Assembly (NCBI GenBank): GCA_964642015.1
Contig: CAZXLF010000002.1
Coordinates: forward strand, 223,678 to 287,677
Length of the DNA stretch: 64,000 nt
Source: an uncultured Planctomycetia bacterium
Lineage (GTDB): Bacteria > Omnitrophota > Gorgyraeia > 2-02-FULL-51-18
Reading direction: 5' to 3'
A program made the position numbers and the translations under genes. This document shows positions 38,685-51,403 of this stretch, piece by piece. The stretch's first letter is position 1. The number at the start of each line of letters is the position of its first letter. The notes below the pieces were generated by a model. The model worked only from the letters and a program-made list of their open reading frames with translations. It searched no databases and had not been told where the DNA came from.

Positions 38685-39875
38685 ATGTCCAAAGAAAAAT
38701 TCGAACGCACTAAACCTCACGTCAATATCGGAACCATCGGCCACGTAGATCACGGCAAGACGACTCTCACCGCAGCCATCACCACGGTATTGTCCAAGAA
38801 AGGTTTAGCCGAAGCCCGTGCATTCGATACGATCGATAACGCCCCTGAGGAAAGAGAAAGAGGTATCACGATCGCAGTCTCTCACGTGGAATACCAGACA
38901 GAAAAGCGCCATTACGCGCACGTGGATTGCCCGGGTCATGCGGACTATATCAAGAACATGATCACCGGAGCCGCCCAGATGGACGGAGCCATTCTCGTAG
39001 TATCTGCTGCGGACGGCCCGATGCCTCAGACAAGAGAGCATATCCTTCTAGCCCGTCAAGTTGGTGTTCCCGCCATCGTTGTTTTCTTAAATAAATGCGA
39101 TACCGTAGATGACAAAGAACTTTTAGACCTGGTTGAAGTTGAAGTAAGAGAACTTCTTACAAAATACCAATTCCCCGGAGACAAGATCCCCGTTATCCGT
39201 GGATCCGCCTTAAACGCTTTGAATAACCCCACAGATCCCAAGCACAACCAATGCATCATGGACTTAATGAAGGCCGTTGATGATTATGTTCCCACACCCA
39301 AGAGAGAGGTTGATAAACCATTCCTCATGCCTGTGGAAGACGTATTCTCGATCACAGGAAGAGGCACCGTCGGGACAGGCCGTATTGAAAGAGGTGCTTG
39401 CAAGGTAGGAGATGAAGTCGAAGTGGTAGGTATTCACCCCACTAAGAAAACCGTCATCACCGGTATTGAAATGTTCCGTAAGCTCCTAGATGATGGCCAA
39501 GCCGGAGATAACGTCGGCCTTCTTCTAAGAGGTATTGAAAAGAACCAATTAGAAAGAGGCCAAGTCCTTGCTAAGCCGGCCTCTATCACTCCTCACACCA
39601 AGTTTAAAGGTGAAGTCTACATCCTCACCAAAGAAGAGGGAGGCAGACACACCGCCTTCTTTAACGGTTACAAACCACAGTTTTATTTTAGAACAACAGA
39701 CGTGACAGGCATTATCCAGCTCCCCAAAGACGTTGAGATGGTCATGCCCGGAGATTCCGTCACCGTCACCGCAGAACTCATCACTCCGATCGCGATGGAG
39801 AAGGAACTCAGATTCGCCATCCGTGAAGGCGGCCGTACTGTCGGCGCCGGAGTCATCTCGGAGATATTGGGGTAG
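38685..39875 (+). CDS. tuf: Elongation factor Tu (copy 1, TAG stop)
   Basis: 396 aa. [22 protein letters not shown] GTPase motifs. Protein identical to the copy at 54008-55198. Confidence 0.97.
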   Translation: MSKEKFERTKPHVNIGTIGHVDHGKTTLTAAITTVLSKKGLAEARAFDTIDNAPEERERGITIAVSHVEYQTEKRHYAHVDCPGHADYIKNMITGAAQMDGAILVVSAADGPMPQTREHILLARQVGVPAIVVFLNKCDTVDDKELLDLVEVEVRELLTKYQFPGDKIPVIRGSALNALNNPTDPKHNQCIMDLMKAVDDYVPTPKREVDKPFLMPVEDVFSITGRGTVGTGRIERGACKVGDEVEVVGIHPTKKTVITGIEMFRKLLDDGQAGDNVGLLLRGIEKNQLERGQVLAKPASITPHTKFKGEVYILTKEEGGRHTAFFNGYKPQFYFRTTDVTGIIQLPKDVEMVMPGDSVTVTAELITPIAMEKELRFAIREGGRTVGAGVISEILG

Positions 39876-39880
39876 TAGTA

Positions 39881-40030
39881 ATGCGAGAGTTTATTCAGTT
39901 TGAATGCACAGGATGCAAGAGACGTAATTACACTTCTAATAAAAACAAGAAGTTGCATCCCGAGCGTATTGAAATAAAAAAGTTTTGTCCCTTTTGCCGC
40001 AAACATACCGGTCATAAGGAACTAAAGTAA
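39881..40030 (+). CDS. rpmG: 50S ribosomal protein L33
   Basis: Hand translation: [49 protein letters not shown] (49 aa, CxxC...CxxC). Too short to appear in the ORF track. Confidence 0.85.
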   Translation: MREFIQFECTGCKRRNYTSNKNKKLHPERIEIKKFCPFCRKHTGHKELK

Positions 40031-40123
40031 GTCATTAAGTACATAGCGAAATAATCGGATTTGTAAAAAATCCTGAAGAAGGGTTTTTATTTCTTTTTTT
40101 ATATCGATTATTAAAAAGTTTTT

Positions 40124-40197
40124 AGGCCAGTAGCTCCAATTGGTAGAGCAGCGGTCTCCAAAACCGCCTGTTGGGGGTTCGAGTCCCTCCTGGCCTG
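40124..40197 (+). tRNA. tRNA-Trp (anticodon CCA)
   Basis: Acceptor AGGCCAG/CTGGCCT, anticodon stem GCGGT/ACCGC, loop CUCCAAA, T-arm GGGGG-TTCGAGT-CCCTC. Lies between rpmG and secE, as in many bacteria. Confidence 0.88.
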
Positions 40198-40219
40198 GGA
40201 CTAGAGTGACAGGGATGTT

Positions 40220-40405
40220 ATGGTAGACAAGATTAAGAACTTCTTCAGTGAAGTAAGGGCCGAGATGCAAAAAGTCACTTGGCCGACTCGTGAAGAGCTG
40301 GTCGGTTCGACCGGCGTGGTATTGATGACGATGTTCATTTTATCAACATTCATTGGCATAGCCGATTTTGTTCTGTCGTATGTGCTTGCAGTTATTATGA
40401 GGTAG
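40220..40405 (+). CDS. secE: Preprotein translocase subunit SecE
   Basis: 61 aa, single C-terminal TM helix, conserved KVTWPTREEL motif. Confidence 0.9.
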   Translation: MVDKIKNFFSEVRAEMQKVTWPTREELVGSTGVVLMTMFILSTFIGIADFVLSYVLAVIMR

Positions 40406-40414
40406 ATCAAGGTT

Positions 40415-40954
40415 GTGGTTGCAATGACTAAGCAGTGGTATGTGATCCATACCCAAACGGGGCATGAGGAGAGGGTGAAGACGACCCTCGAAAGTAGGGC
40501 CCAGCAATACAGTTTACAGGAAAAGATATTACAGGTTTTGATCCCGATGGAAAAGGTTTCAGAGATCAAAGCTGGAAAAAAGAAAATATCCACCAGAAAA
40601 TTTTTCCCCGGGTATGTGCTTGTTGAAATGGAATTGAACGATGAGACTTGGTATTTGGTAAAAAATACCCCGGGCGTCAGCGGGTTCATTGGTTCCGGAA
40701 GAAAACCGTTACCGCTCAAAGAGTCTGAAGTCGCGACGATCATCAAGCAGGCCGAAGAGAAGAAAGAGAAACCGACGCCGAAGGTTATTTTTGAAAAAGG
40801 TGAAAGCATCCGGGTTAAAGAAGGTCCTTTCGTGAATTTTAACGGCATTATTGAAGAGGTCAATCCAAATAAAGGGAAGCTTAAGGTGATGGTCGCAATA
40901 TTCGGGCGTACGACGCCGGTCGAATTAGAGTATTGGCAAGTGGAGAAGATCTAA
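40415..40954 (+). CDS. nusG: Transcription termination/antitermination factor NusG
   Basis: KQWYVIHTQTGHEERV NGN domain and C-terminal KOW (GESIRVKEGPF). Start could instead be the ATG at 40424. Confidence 0.93.
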   Translation: MVAMTKQWYVIHTQTGHEERVKTTLESRAQQYSLQEKILQVLIPMEKVSEIKAGKKKISTRKFFPGYVLVEMELNDETWYLVKNTPGVSGFIGSGRKPLPLKESEVATIIKQAEEKKEKPTPKVIFEKGESIRVKEGPFVNFNGIIEEVNPNKGKLKVMVAIFGRTTPVELEYWQVEKI

Positions 40955-41380
40955 ATGGCAAAAAAGGTTAAAACGACTATCAAGCTCTATTGTCCTGCAG
41001 GCCAGGCTAATCCTGCTCCTCCGGTCGGTCCGGCGCTTGGTCAGCATGGTGTGAACATTATGGATTTTTGCAAACAGTTCAACGAACGAACCAAGGGCCG
41101 CGAAGGTTTAACGTTGCCCGCGATCATTACCGTGTATGAGGATCGCACTTTTGATTTCATCATTAAAAGCGCTCCCAGCACAGTGCTGTTAAAACGGGCT
41201 GCCGGCGTTGCCAAAGCATCCGGTGAGCCCAATAAAACTAAAGTGGGTAAGATCACATTGGCTCAAGCCAAAGAAGTCGCCGAAGAAAAAGCCAAGGATC
41301 TTAATTCGAAAGATATGGAAGGTGCGCTAAAAATAATCAGGGGGACGGCTCGCAGTATGGGGATAGAGGTCGAGGGTTAA
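40955..41380 (+). CDS. rplK: 50S ribosomal protein L11
   Basis: [36 protein letters not shown] canonical L11. Confidence 0.97.
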   Translation: MAKKVKTTIKLYCPAGQANPAPPVGPALGQHGVNIMDFCKQFNERTKGREGLTLPAIITVYEDRTFDFIIKSAPSTVLLKRAAGVAKASGEPNKTKVGKITLAQAKEVAEEKAKDLNSKDMEGALKIIRGTARSMGIEVEG

Positions 41381-41381
41381 A

Positions 41382-42098
41382 ATGGGTAAAAGAATTTCAA
41401 AGAGGAACAAGGAGCTTGCTAAGTTAACGGAAAAAAGCAAGTCGTATCTTCTTAAGGATGCGATCAAAATTTTAAAGAATGCTCCGAAAACCAAATTCGA
41501 TCAGTCGGTCGAATTACAATGCAAATTGGGTGTCGATTTAACGGCCAATGATCAAGTGGTCCGCGGAACTGTTGTGTTGCCTCACGGTCAGGGAAAAAAA
41601 TTACGCGTCATTGTTTTTTGCAAAGATGAAAATGTTAAAGCTGCCGAACAGGCCGGCGCCGACGTTGTGGGCGGAGACGAACTTATTGAAAAAGTGCTTG
41701 GAGGCTGGACTGATTTTGACGTTGCGGTCGCTACTCCGACAATGATGAAAGATGTTGGAAAATTAGGCAAAGTGCTTGGTCCGCGCGGGCTAATGCCGTC
41801 TCCGAAAGCGGGTACAGTCACAGACAATCCCGCGAAAGCCGTGAAAGAAGTGAAGAGCGGCCGTGTTGAGTTTAAGATGGACAAGTTTGCGAATGTAAAC
41901 ACGCTGATCGGTAAATTATCTTTTTCTGATGATGCTCTAGCGGAAAACGGCACGGTGCTAGTGGAGTCGCTTGTTAAAGCACGACCAAAATCATTAAAAG
42001 GTACGTTCATCAAAAGTGCGCATGTGTCCAGTACGATGGGCCCAGGCATACGCCTTGATTTGACAAAATATTTGAAGCTGGAAGAAACGAACGATTAA
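41382..42098 (+). CDS. rplA: 50S ribosomal protein L1
   Basis: 238 aa, L1 signature; conserved position after rplK. Confidence 0.95.
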   Translation: MGKRISKRNKELAKLTEKSKSYLLKDAIKILKNAPKTKFDQSVELQCKLGVDLTANDQVVRGTVVLPHGQGKKLRVIVFCKDENVKAAEQAGADVVGGDELIEKVLGGWTDFDVAVATPTMMKDVGKLGKVLGPRGLMPSPKAGTVTDNPAKAVKEVKSGRVEFKMDKFANVNTLIGKLSFSDDALAENGTVLVESLVKARPKSLKGTFIKSAHVSSTMGPGIRLDLTKYLKLEETND

Positions 42099-42117
42099 TT
42101 ATTAAGGATTCACGGAA

Positions 42118-42654
42118 ATGAAAGAAACAGGATATAGCCGCGTATCAAAGAATTTGATCATTAAGCAGATCGAAAAAGAGTTAAGTGAAAGATCCACTTT
42201 TTTTATTACACAGCATGGCGGCGTGTCAGCGGTTTCGCTCGATAAGTTAAGAACCAAGCTTCGCGGGGCAAATTCGCGTTACATGGTCATGAAAAATAGT
42301 CTGGGTCGCCGCGCATTAAACAAGGGGCAGTTTTCATCTCTCAGCGAAAATATGACCGGCGCTTGCGGGATCGCATTTTCAAGCGGTGATCCGGTGCTTT
42401 CTTCGAAGATTTTGATGGATTTTTCGAAAGAGAATGAGAATTTCAAAGTTCAATCCGGTTTTATCGATGGAACTTTGATAGGGGCGGAGCAGATCAAAGC
42501 ATTGGCGAGTTTACCTTCGAGAGAGATCTTGATCGCGAAGGTTGTCGGAGGCGTTCAGGCTCCGATATCAAGATTTGTAAATGTATTGTCAGGCACTGTC
42601 CGCAGGATCGTGACAGTCCTTGATGCGATTGCCAAGAAAAAAGGCAGCGCATAA
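42118..42654 (+). CDS. rplJ: 50S ribosomal protein L10
   Basis: 178 aa L10; only 19 nt after rplA, so no extended L10 leader. Confidence 0.9.
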   Translation: MKETGYSRVSKNLIIKQIEKELSERSTFFITQHGGVSAVSLDKLRTKLRGANSRYMVMKNSLGRRALNKGQFSSLSENMTGACGIAFSSGDPVLSSKILMDFSKENENFKVQSGFIDGTLIGAEQIKALASLPSREILIAKVVGGVQAPISRFVNVLSGTVRRIVTVLDAIAKKKGSA

Positions 42655-42697
42655 ATTTTGTCAATAAAGGTGTAATCATAAAAGTGAGGAACAAACA

Positions 42698-43114
42698 ATG
42701 ACACAGGCAGTAGAAGCACAAAAAAGTGGCAAGGCGCAGGAAATTATCAGCTCAATCGAAACATTGAGCGTTCTTGAACTTGCAGATCTAGTGAAAGCGT
42801 TGGAAGAGAAGTTCGGCGTATCAGCGAGCGCTCCGATGATGGTTGGTGCAGTAGCTGGGGCGGCCGGCGCGGCGGGTGGCGGAGCGGCTGCTGCCGAAGA
42901 GAAATCTTCGGTCACGATCGTTCTAAAGAACGCCGGTACGAATAAGATCCAGGTGATCAAGGAGATCCGCGCGATCACGACCCTTGGTCTGAAAGAGGCG
43001 AAGGATCTCGTTGATGCAGCGCCAAAGCCTATCAAGGATAATGTGGCTCTGAAAGATGCCGAGGCGATCAAGAAAACTCTTGAAGCCGCGGGTGCTACGA
43101 TCGAATTTAAATAA
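42698..43114 (+). CDS. rplL: 50S ribosomal protein L7/L12
   Basis: Ala-rich hinge and conserved C-terminal domain ([22 protein letters not shown]...). Confidence 0.95.
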   Translation: MTQAVEAQKSGKAQEIISSIETLSVLELADLVKALEEKFGVSASAPMMVGAVAGAAGAAGGGAAAAEEKSSVTIVLKNAGTNKIQVIKEIRAITTLGLKEAKDLVDAAPKPIKDNVALKDAEAIKKTLEAAGATIEFK

Positions 43115-43230
43115 ATAGTTTTATCGCTATAAGCCGTTCTGTTAGGTGGTTCAATCTCTTTTTCAAAGGATTGCATTCTCTTAATCGTAGGGCAAACAGG
43201 TTCTTATCAAATTAGATAGAGGGTCTTTTA

Positions 43231-46200
43231 ATGCAAAAACGTATCAGTTTTGGCAAAATTCCTGAAATTTGTGAAATGCCTCATTTGGTCGAGATTCAGA
43301 CCAAATCTTATGATGAGTTTCTTCAGATAGGTGTTCCTAAGAGCCGTCGCAAGAATATAGGGCTTCAAGAGGTTTTTCAGGAAGTGTTTCCTATCGAAAG
43401 TTATGATGGAAAATACAAACTGGAATACGTCTCTTATGTGCTCGGTAAACCGAAATATTCGCTTGAGGAATGCCATAAAAAAAGCATGACCTATTCAGTC
43501 CCTCTTAAGGTGAAAGTGCGCTTGAAAAGCGCAAGCGAGACCAAAGAACAGGAGATCTTCATCGGGGATCTTCCGCTCATGACCGATAACGGCACATTCA
43601 TTATCAATGGGGATGAACGCGTTATTGTCAGTCAGCTGCACCGCTCACCTGGCGTGTCGTTTGAAAAGTCCCTGCATCCAAACGGAAAAATGCTCCATTC
43701 AGCCCGCATCATCCCTCATCGCGGAGTTTGGCTCGAATTCGAATTTGATATCAATGATACGCTTTACGCATATATCGACCGCAAGAAAAAGATCTTGGCT
43801 ACGACGCTGCTCAGGGTTTTTGGATATGATACGGACGAGTCGATCATCAAAGCGTTTTGTGGTATTGAGAAAATAGAATCGATCAACCGTTATAATCCAA
43901 AAAATCTTATTGGTCATACATTGGCCCAAAATGTAGAACATCCTGATACAAAGGAATTGATCGCGGAACAGGGAGCGCCTTTGACTCGCGAGTTGTTAAA
44001 TAAGATATCAAGCGAAGGCGTCAAGACCATCATGATCATGCGCACTGAATCTCCTGAGATCGTTGCAACACTTAAGAAAGACCACACCAAATCGGTTGAA
44101 GAAGCTTTCATTGATATATATAGGAAATTAAGGCCTGGCGATCCACCCACGGCCGATAGCGCCAAGACTATGGCGGAGCGTTTATTTTTTGATGCGAAGC
44201 GTTATGATCTCGGAGCGGTCGGACGTTTTGTATTGAACCGCAAGCTTGGCATGAAGGTGGATCTCGAGAAGAGGACATTAGATTCCGAGACATTGGTAAC
44301 AATTATCAAAAGGCTTTTAGCTGTTAAAAATGGCGACGGCGACACCGATGATATCGATCATTTAGGAAACCGCCGTATTCGTACCGTGAGCGAGCTTCTT
44401 CAAGGTCAGTTCAGGATCGGTTTGGCGCGTCTTGAACGTTCAGCGAAAGAGAGAATGGGCATTTACGATCTTGAAAATATGATGCCACATAATTTGATCA
44501 ATTCAAAATTGATCTCGAGCGTTATACGCGACTTTTTCGGAAGAAGCCAGCTTTCTCAGTTCATGGACCAGACCAATCCTTTGGCTGAAATGACCCACAA
44601 GCGTCGTTTAAGCGCTTTAGGTCCCGGAGGTCTTTCACGCGAGCGTGCGGGTTTTGAGGTTCGCGACGTACATCATTCTCACTATGGCCGTATTTGTCCT
44701 ATTGAAACGCCGGAAGGTCCAAATATCGGACTCATTGCTTCTTTGAGCACACATGCGCGCGTGAATGAGTATGGTTTTATAGAAACTCCGTATCGCAAAG
44801 TCGAAAATGGACGAGTCACAGAGAAGATCGAATATTTGTCCGCAGACCTTGAAGATCAATTTATTATCGCTCAAGCGAACGCGAAGCTTGATAAAAACGG
44901 TTATTTTGCAGAATCCAAAGTCTCTTGCCGTCACAAAGGTGATTTTCCGCTCACGAGCCCTAAGGACATTGACTACATGGACGTCTCACCGAAGCAGCTT
45001 GTCAGTGTGGCCGCAAGTCTGATCCCATTTTTAGAGCATGACGATGCGAACCGCGCGCTCATGGGTTCTAACATGCAGCGTCAAGCGGTGCCTTTGCTCA
45101 TTACTGAAGCGCCTTTAGTGGGGACCGGTATGGAATATCGTACAGCAAAAGATTCGGGCGCTGTTATTGTTGCTCAGGAAGAAGGAAAAGTTACGGGCGT
45201 ACAGGCTGATGAGATCGTGGTCAGCGGCCGTAAGTATCCGCTTAGAAAATTCAAGAGGTCTAATGCCAGCACGAGCATCAATCAACGTCCGATCGTGGAA
45301 TTGGGCGATAAGATCAAAAAAGGTCAAGTGATCGCTGACGGTGCTGCAACACGGAATGGTGAGTTGGCGCTTGGACGCAATGTTCTTGTCGCTTTCATGC
45401 CGTGGAGAGGATACAACTTCGAAGACGCGATCCTGATCAGTGAGAAATTGGTTTACAACGACGTTTATACTTCGGTTCATATTGAGGAATTTGAAATTGA
45501 ATCGCGCGATACTCGTTTAGGAAAGGAAGAAATCACTCGCGATATTCCAAATGTCGGCGAAGAAGCTCTTAAAGACCTTGGCGAGGACGGGATCATTCGT
45601 ATTGGTGCTGAAGTGGGGCCTGGCGATATTCTTGTCGGGAAGGTGACTCCGAAGTCTGAAACTGAACTTTCTCCTGAAGAAAAACTTCTGCGTGCGATTT
45701 TCGGAGAAAAAGCGGGCGATGTGCGCGATGCGTCGCTAACGGTTCCGCCTGGCGTGGAAGGCATTGTCACGGAGATTAAAGTTTTCTCGCGTAAGGGTCA
45801 GGAGGCGAAATCAAAAGAAGTCAAAGCTAAGGAACTAAAGGAAATAGAAGCGATCAAGGAGTTCTACGAATCGCAGATCAAGCAGATCGAAGAAGATAAG
45901 ATCCATAAACTTTCCGGCCTTCTCGTCGGCCAAGAACTTGCAACGAGTCTTTTGGATGCTGAAAGTGGAGCGGTCCTGGTGGCGCGTGGTAAGACGATTA
46001 AGAAATCTGATCTCAGTAAGATCAGTCGTGCGGATATCGAGAGCATCAAGTTGGAAGATTCTGAGGAGACCGAAGAATCGATCAAGCGTATCTGCAAACT
46101 GATGGATGATCAGATCGAAGAGCTTCGCTACGAAGAAGACAGGGAGATCGATAAGATCAAGCGCGGCGATGAATTGCCTCCGGGAGTTCTGAAGCGCGTC

Positions 46201-46953
46201 AAAGTGTTGGTCGCTAACAAGAGAAAAATTTCAGTCGGTGATAAGATGGCCGGCCGTCATGGCAATAAAGGTATTATTGCCAAGATCATGCATGAGGAAG
46301 ACATGCCTTTCCTCGAGGACGGAACACCCGTAGATATCGTTTTAAATCCGCTCGGCGTTCCTTCGCGTATGAATGTGGGTCAGATTCTCGAAACGCATCT
46401 CGGATGGGCCGCGAAAAAATTGGGTTACAGCATTGCAACGCCGGTGTTTGACGGAGCGGCTGAAGCTGAAATCAAAGAGGAAATGAAGAAAGCGAAGATA
46501 CCCTTTAACGGTAAGGTGACTTTGCGCGATGGCCGCAGCGGAGAGAGATTTGACCAGCAAGTGACCGTTGGCTACATCTATATGTTGAAACTTGCGCATT
46601 TGGTGGACGATAAGATCCACGCTCGATCCATCGGGCCTTATTCTCTGGTCACTCAACAGCCGTTAGGCGGTAAAGCCCAATTCGGCGGTCAGAGATTCGG
46701 AGAAATGGAAGTCTGGGCGCTTGAGGCATACGGTGCGGCTTATACATTGCAGGAACTTTTGACCGTGAAAAGCGACGACGTCCAGGGAAGGACTCGTATG
46801 TATGAATCGATCGTCAAAGGTGAGAACGCTCTGCAGGCTGACACGCCGGAATCTTTCAATGTGTTGCTAAAGGAACTTCAATCATTGGCATTGGATATCA
46901 GAACCGAAAAGAAATCAGAAACGAAAGAGGGCGACAGTGAAGAACGGTTATAA
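43231..46953 (+). CDS. rpoB: DNA-directed RNA polymerase subunit beta
   Basis: 1240 aa with conserved RpoB blocks ([12 protein letters not shown]; NMQRQAVPL). Confidence 0.97.
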   Translation: MQKRISFGKIPEICEMPHLVEIQTKSYDEFLQIGVPKSRRKNIGLQEVFQEVFPIESYDGKYKLEYVSYVLGKPKYSLEECHKKSMTYSVPLKVKVRLKSASETKEQEIFIGDLPLMTDNGTFIINGDERVIVSQLHRSPGVSFEKSLHPNGKMLHSARIIPHRGVWLEFEFDINDTLYAYIDRKKKILATTLLRVFGYDTDESIIKAFCGIEKIESINRYNPKNLIGHTLAQNVEHPDTKELIAEQGAPLTRELLNKISSEGVKTIMIMRTESPEIVATLKKDHTKSVEEAFIDIYRKLRPGDPPTADSAKTMAERLFFDAKRYDLGAVGRFVLNRKLGMKVDLEKRTLDSETLVTIIKRLLAVKNGDGDTDDIDHLGNRRIRTVSELLQGQFRIGLARLERSAKERMGIYDLENMMPHNLINSKLISSVIRDFFGRSQLSQFMDQTNPLAEMTHKRRLSALGPGGLSRERAGFEVRDVHHSHYGRICPIETPEGPNIGLIASLSTHARVNEYGFIETPYRKVENGRVTEKIEYLSADLEDQFIIAQANAKLDKNGYFAESKVSCRHKGDFPLTSPKDIDYMDVSPKQLVSVAASLIPFLEHDDANRALMGSNMQRQAVPLLITEAPLVGTGMEYRTAKDSGAVIVAQEEGKVTGVQADEIVVSGRKYPLRKFKRSNASTSINQRPIVELGDKIKKGQVIADGAATRNGELALGRNVLVAFMPWRGYNFEDAILISEKLVYNDVYTSVHIEEFEIESRDTRLGKEEITRDIPNVGEEALKDLGEDGIIRIGAEVGPGDILVGKVTPKSETELSPEEKLLRAIFGEKAGDVRDASLTVPPGVEGIVTEIKVFSRKGQEAKSKEVKAKELKEIEAIKEFYESQIKQIEEDKIHKLSGLLVGQELATSLLDAESGAVLVARGKTIKKSDLSKISRADIESIKLEDSEETEESIKRICKLMDDQIEELRYEEDREIDKIKRGDELPPGVLKRVKVLVANKRKISVGDKMAGRHGNKGIIAKIMHEEDMPFLEDGTPVDIVLNPLGVPSRMNVGQILETHLGWAAKKLGYSIATPVFDGAAEAEIKEEMKKAKIPFNGKVTLRDGRSGERFDQQVTVGYIYMLKLAHLVDDKIHARSIGPYSLVTQQPLGGKAQFGGQRFGEMEVWALEAYGAAYTLQELLTVKSDDVQGRTRMYESIVKGENALQADTPESFNVLLKELQSLALDIRTEKKSETKEGDSEERL

Positions 46954-49900
46954 CCAGACAAGCGAATACGTTCCGCCGAGTTTTGATTACATTTCGATAA
47001 AGATCGCTTCATCCGACGTGGTCCGCTCATGGTCGCGCGGTGAAGTAAAAAAACCCGAAACGATCAATTATCGTACTTTCAAACCGGAAAAAGACGGTCT
47101 TTTCTGCGAAAAAATATTCGGGCCGACACGGGATTGGGAATGCAATTGCGGAAAATACAAGCGCATCAAGCATAAGGGCATTGTCTGCGACCGTTGCGGC
47201 GTGGAAGTCACACTGTCTAAAGTCCGCCGCGAGCGAATGGGACACATCGATCTCGCTACACCCGTTTCTCATATTTGGTTCTTCAAGGCTGTTCCTTCTC
47301 GTCTTGGCGCGATCCTTGAGCTTAATCTGAGAGAGCTCGAAAGAATTATTTATTATGAAGAGTATATCGTGATCGAACCGGGAGACACTCCTTTAAAGAA
47401 GGGGGATCTTCTCTCCGAAGAGAAATATCAGTCGATGGTGGATAATTACGGCCACAAATTTGTCGCGAAAATGGGCGCCGAAGCGATCCGTGATTTGATC
47501 CGCGAAGTCAATATCGAAAAATTGAATACGAAGCTCCATGCGGAGCTGAAGCAATCCAAGAGCGAAGCGACACAGAGAAAGATCATCAAGAATCTGCGCA
47601 TCGTGGAATCATTCATGAAGTCCGGCAACGATCCGGAATGGATGATCTTGGACGTGATCCCCGTGATTCCGCCGGACCTTCGTCCGCTTGTTCCGCTCGA
47701 CGGAGGGCGTTTTGCCACCAGCGATCTGAACGATCTTTATCGCCGCGTGATCAATCGAAATAACCGTTTGAAAAAACTTTTAGAGCTCAGAGCCCCCGAA
47801 GTCATTATCCGCAACGAAAAAAGAATGCTTCAAGAGGCCGTTGATGCGTTGTTTGATAACGGACGTCATGGCCGTCCGGTGCTTGGATCGGGAAATCGTC
47901 CGCTGAAAAGTCTCAGCGACATGTTAAAAGGTAAGCAGGGAAGATTTCGTCAAAATCTTCTCGGTAAAAGAGTCGATTATTCCGGCCGTTCAGTAATTGT
48001 TGTCGGCCCTGAATTGAAACTTCATCAATGCGGTTTGCCGAAAAAGATGGCGCTCGAACTTTTCGAGCCGTTCATCATCAAGAAGCTGAGAGAGCGTGGA
48101 TTCGTTCATACGATCAAGAGCGCCAAACGTATGGTGGAAAAAGAAAGATTGGAAGTTTGGGATATTCTCGAAGAGGTGATCAAGAACCATCCGGTGATGT
48201 TAAACCGCGCACCGACGCTTCACCGTCTGGGCATTCAGGCGTTTGAACCGGTGCTGGTCGAGGGTAAGGCTATCCGTATCCATCCGCTAGTTTGTGCGGC
48301 GTTCAACGCAGATTTCGACGGAGACCAAATGGCCGTGCACGTTCCGCTTTCACTTGAAGCGCAGATCGAGTGCCGCATTCTTCTTATGTCGATCAACAAT
48401 ATCTTTTCACCTGCCGATGGCCGGCCTGTCGCAACACCGAGTCAGGACGTCGTTTTGGGCTGCTATTATTTGTCGAAAGAAAAGAAAGGCGCCAAGGGTG
48501 AAGGGATCATTTTCTCCAATCCTAATGAAGTGATTACCGCTTATTCGGATAAAGAAGTGGAGCTTCATGCGTCGATCAAAGTCCGCGTAGACGGAAAACT
48601 GATCGAAACGACCACGGGTCGTGTAATATTTAATCAAGTGCTTCCGGAGAGCGTGCCTTTCTTCAATGCGCTTCTAACAAAATCTAAATTGAATTCCGTG
48701 ATTGCGGATTCCTATAAGCGCGTAGGTCATCACAGGACGATCCAGCTTTTGGACGATCTGAAGGACCTTGGTTTTGAGTATGCGACACTTGCGGGTATTT
48801 CGATTGCACTTGATGATCTTCGCATTCCAAGCAAGAAGATCATTTTCATTGATAAAGCCCAGGAAAAAGTGGCGAAAGTTGAAGAGCAATACCGCCGCGG
48901 TGTGATCACAGAGGGTGAGCGGTACAACAATATCATTGATATCTGGACACAGACGACCGATGAAGTTGCTGACGGTGTTTTTGCGGAGCTTGATATCTTC
49001 AATCCTATTTTCATGATGGCTGACTCCGGTGCTCGAGGATCCAAACAACAGATCCGTCAGCTTGCCGGTATGAGAGGTCTGATGGCCAAGCCTTCGGGCG
49101 AGATCATCGAGAGCCCGATCAAGGCCAATTTCCGCGAGGGGCTGACGATGTTGGAATATTTCATCTCTACTCACGGCGCAAGAAAAGGTCTGGCGGATAC
49201 CGCTTTGAAGACGGCCGATTCGGGTTATTTAACAAGAAGATTGGTTGACGTTGCGCAAGATGTGATTATTAATCAAGAAGATTGCGGTACTGTCAAAGGC
49301 ATCTTTATTGAAGCGATCGTTGAAGGCGACGAGATCGTGGTTCCTCTGCGAGAGAGGATCATCGGTCGTGTAGCGCTTGATAATATCGTGGATGTTGTCA
49401 CTGATAGTGTGATCGTTGAAGCCAATCAAGAGATCAACGATGATATGGCGAAGCAAGTCGAAGAGGCGGGTATTGACAAGATCAAGATCCGTTCGGTGTT
49501 GACCTGCGAGTCCAAGCGCGGTGTGTGCGCGAAGTGTTATGGAAGAAATCTCGCGACAGGCCGCTTGGTTGAACTTGGCGAAGCAGTAGGTATCATTGCC
49601 GCGCAATCCATCGGCGAGCCGGGGACTCAGCTGACCATGAGAACATTCCATATCGGTGGTACTGCGAGCAGAACCGTTGCCGAGTCCTCGATCAAAGCTA
49701 AGAACAACGGTATTATCAAATACCACAATTTAAAAACGGTCGAAGTTAAGAATGGTAATTTTGTTATTTTGAACCGCAACGGCCAAGTTTCCATTCATGA
49801 TGATTCCGGCAGAGAGCTTGAGCGTCACGCGGTGCCTCACGGCGGTTATCTCAAAGTCCAGGACGGCGGAAAACTCCAGAAGGGCCAGGTTTTCATCGAT

Positions 49901-51001
49901 TGGGATCCTTACACATCCTCGATATTCACTGAGGTCGAAGGTATTGTGAAGTATGAGGACATCATCGAGGAAGTCACGATGCATAAGCAGCTTGACGCAG
50001 CGACTGGAAATATTGAAAGAGTCATCATTGAACATCGCGGTGAACATCATCCGCAGATCTTGATCCTTGATTCAAAGAAGGATGTGCTTGCGATCTATCC
50101 AATCCCTTCAGGAGCTCATATTGTTGTCGATGACGGTGATAAGGTGCACGCAGGAGATCTTATCGCAAAGACACCGAGAAAAGTCACGAAGACCAAGGAT
50201 ATTACCGGTGGTCTTCCGCGTGTGGCCGAACTTTTTGAAGCGCGTCGCCCCAAAGATCCGGCGATTATTTCTGAAATTGACGGTATTGTCGAATTTGGAG
50301 AGACCAAAAAAGGTCATCGCCGCGTGATCGTTAAAAGCTCGACCGGAATGAAAAAAGAATATCTGATCGCCCATGGTAAGCATTTGAACGTTTATAAGGG
50401 CGATTTTGTGTTTTCCGGCCAGCAGTTGGTCGACGGTCCCGTTGTTCCTCAGGACATCTTAAGGATCAGCGGAGAAAGAAAACTCCAGGAATATCTCGTG
50501 AATGAGGTCCAGGAAGTTTACCGTTTGCAGGGTGTGACGATCAACGACAAGCATATCGAGGTGATCGTCAGGCAAATGCTCCGTAAAGTCCGCATTATGG
50601 ATGGCGGAGACACTGACTTTTTGGTCGGTATGCAGGTCGATCGATATAAGTTGCAGGAAGAAAATGAGCGTATCGAGAAATCCAAGAAAGAGGCGGCAAA
50701 GGCCGAACCGATACTTTTGGGGATCACGCGCGCTTCGTTGAGCACCGAAAGCTTTATCTCAGCCGCCAGTTTCCAAGAGACAACGCGCGTGCTTACAGAT
50801 GCAGCCGCTTCAGGAAAAAGAGATTACTTGCTTGGACTGAAAGAAAACGTTATCATGGGTCACCTTATTCCAGCCGGCACCGGTTTTGCCGGGCAGAGAC
50901 GTGTAGAAATTGTGCATCATTTGGAAGAAGAAACGAAGAAGAACAAAGCGTCGGATGGCGCTCAAAATGATGAACTTATAACAGAGGAAAAGAACACTTA
51001 A
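46937..51001 (+). CDS. rpoC: DNA-directed RNA polymerase subunit beta'
   Basis: 1354 aa. GTG start overlapping the rpoB stop by 17 nt. Zinc finger [20 protein letters not shown] and NADFDGDQM catalytic motif. Confidence 0.97.
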   Translation: MKNGYNQTSEYVPPSFDYISIKIASSDVVRSWSRGEVKKPETINYRTFKPEKDGLFCEKIFGPTRDWECNCGKYKRIKHKGIVCDRCGVEVTLSKVRRERMGHIDLATPVSHIWFFKAVPSRLGAILELNLRELERIIYYEEYIVIEPGDTPLKKGDLLSEEKYQSMVDNYGHKFVAKMGAEAIRDLIREVNIEKLNTKLHAELKQSKSEATQRKIIKNLRIVESFMKSGNDPEWMILDVIPVIPPDLRPLVPLDGGRFATSDLNDLYRRVINRNNRLKKLLELRAPEVIIRNEKRMLQEAVDALFDNGRHGRPVLGSGNRPLKSLSDMLKGKQGRFRQNLLGKRVDYSGRSVIVVGPELKLHQCGLPKKMALELFEPFIIKKLRERGFVHTIKSAKRMVEKERLEVWDILEEVIKNHPVMLNRAPTLHRLGIQAFEPVLVEGKAIRIHPLVCAAFNADFDGDQMAVHVPLSLEAQIECRILLMSINNIFSPADGRPVATPSQDVVLGCYYLSKEKKGAKGEGIIFSNPNEVITAYSDKEVELHASIKVRVDGKLIETTTGRVIFNQVLPESVPFFNALLTKSKLNSVIADSYKRVGHHRTIQLLDDLKDLGFEYATLAGISIALDDLRIPSKKIIFIDKAQEKVAKVEEQYRRGVITEGERYNNIIDIWTQTTDEVADGVFAELDIFNPIFMMADSGARGSKQQIRQLAGMRGLMAKPSGEIIESPIKANFREGLTMLEYFISTHGARKGLADTALKTADSGYLTRRLVDVAQDVIINQEDCGTVKGIFIEAIVEGDEIVVPLRERIIGRVALDNIVDVVTDSVIVEANQEINDDMAKQVEEAGIDKIKIRSVLTCESKRGVCAKCYGRNLATGRLVELGEAVGIIAAQSIGEPGTQLTMRTFHIGGTASRTVAESSIKAKNNGIIKYHNLKTVEVKNGNFVILNRNGQVSIHDDSGRELERHAVPHGGYLKVQDGGKLQKGQVFIDWDPYTSSIFTEVEGIVKYEDIIEEVTMHKQLDAATGNIERVIIEHRGEHHPQILILDSKKDVLAIYPIPSGAHIVVDDGDKVHAGDLIAKTPRKVTKTKDITGGLPRVAELFEARRPKDPAIISEIDGIVEFGETKKGHRRVIVKSSTGMKKEYLIAHGKHLNVYKGDFVFSGQQLVDGPVVPQDILRISGERKLQEYLVNEVQEVYRLQGVTINDKHIEVIVRQMLRKVRIMDGGDTDFLVGMQVDRYKLQEENERIEKSKKEAAKAEPILLGITRASLSTESFISAASFQETTRVLTDAAASGKRDYLLGLKENVIMGHLIPAGTGFAGQRRVEIVHHLEEETKKNKASDGAQNDELITEEKNT

Positions 51002-51004
51002 TCT

Positions 51005-51403
51005 ATGCCGACCATCAATCAATTAATTCGGTTTGGCCGTTCCAGTATCAAGGCCAAGACAAAATCTCCGGCGCTTGTGGGAAGCCCGCAAAAAAGGGGA
51101 GTTTGTCTGCAAGTTAAAACACAGACACCGAAAAAACCGAATTCGGCATTGAGAAAAGTAGCGCGCGTACGTTTGACGAACGGGATCGAAGTGACGGCTT
51201 ATATCCCCGGAGTCGGGCACAACTTGCAGGAACATTCGATCGTGACGATACGCGGCGGACGTGTGAAGGATCTGCCGGGTGTTCGTTATCACGTGGTGAG
51301 AGGAACTTTGGATACAGCGGGTGTTGCGGACAGACGCCGTTCGAGATCGAAATATGGCGCAAAGGCGCCCAAACAGGCGGACACAAAGGCGGTAAAGAAA
51401 TAA
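51005..51403 (+). CDS. rpsL: 30S ribosomal protein S12
   Basis: MPTINQLIR...KSPAL canonical S12. Confidence 0.97.
   Translation: MPTINQLIRFGRSSIKAKTKSPALVGSPQKRGVCLQVKTQTPKKPNSALRKVARVRLTNGIEVTAYIPGVGHNLQEHSIVTIRGGRVKDLPGVRYHVVRGTLDTAGVADRRRSRSKYGAKAPKQADTKAVKK

Noticed and set aside
40031-40123. Weak hairpin (AAAAATCCT...AGGGTTTTT) between rpmG and tRNA-Trp as a terminator.
   Set aside because: The stem has a mismatch and is AT-rich. It is too weak to call, and tRNA-Trp-secE-nusG is probably co-transcribed or has its own promoter.
40201-40863. 220-aa minus-strand ORF across secE and nusG.
   Set aside because: It is antisense to two highly conserved genes. It is a shadow ORF.
42676-43176. 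166-aa Ala-rich minus-strand ORF.
   Set aside because: It is the reverse complement of the rplL Ala-rich hinge region and is a shadow ORF.
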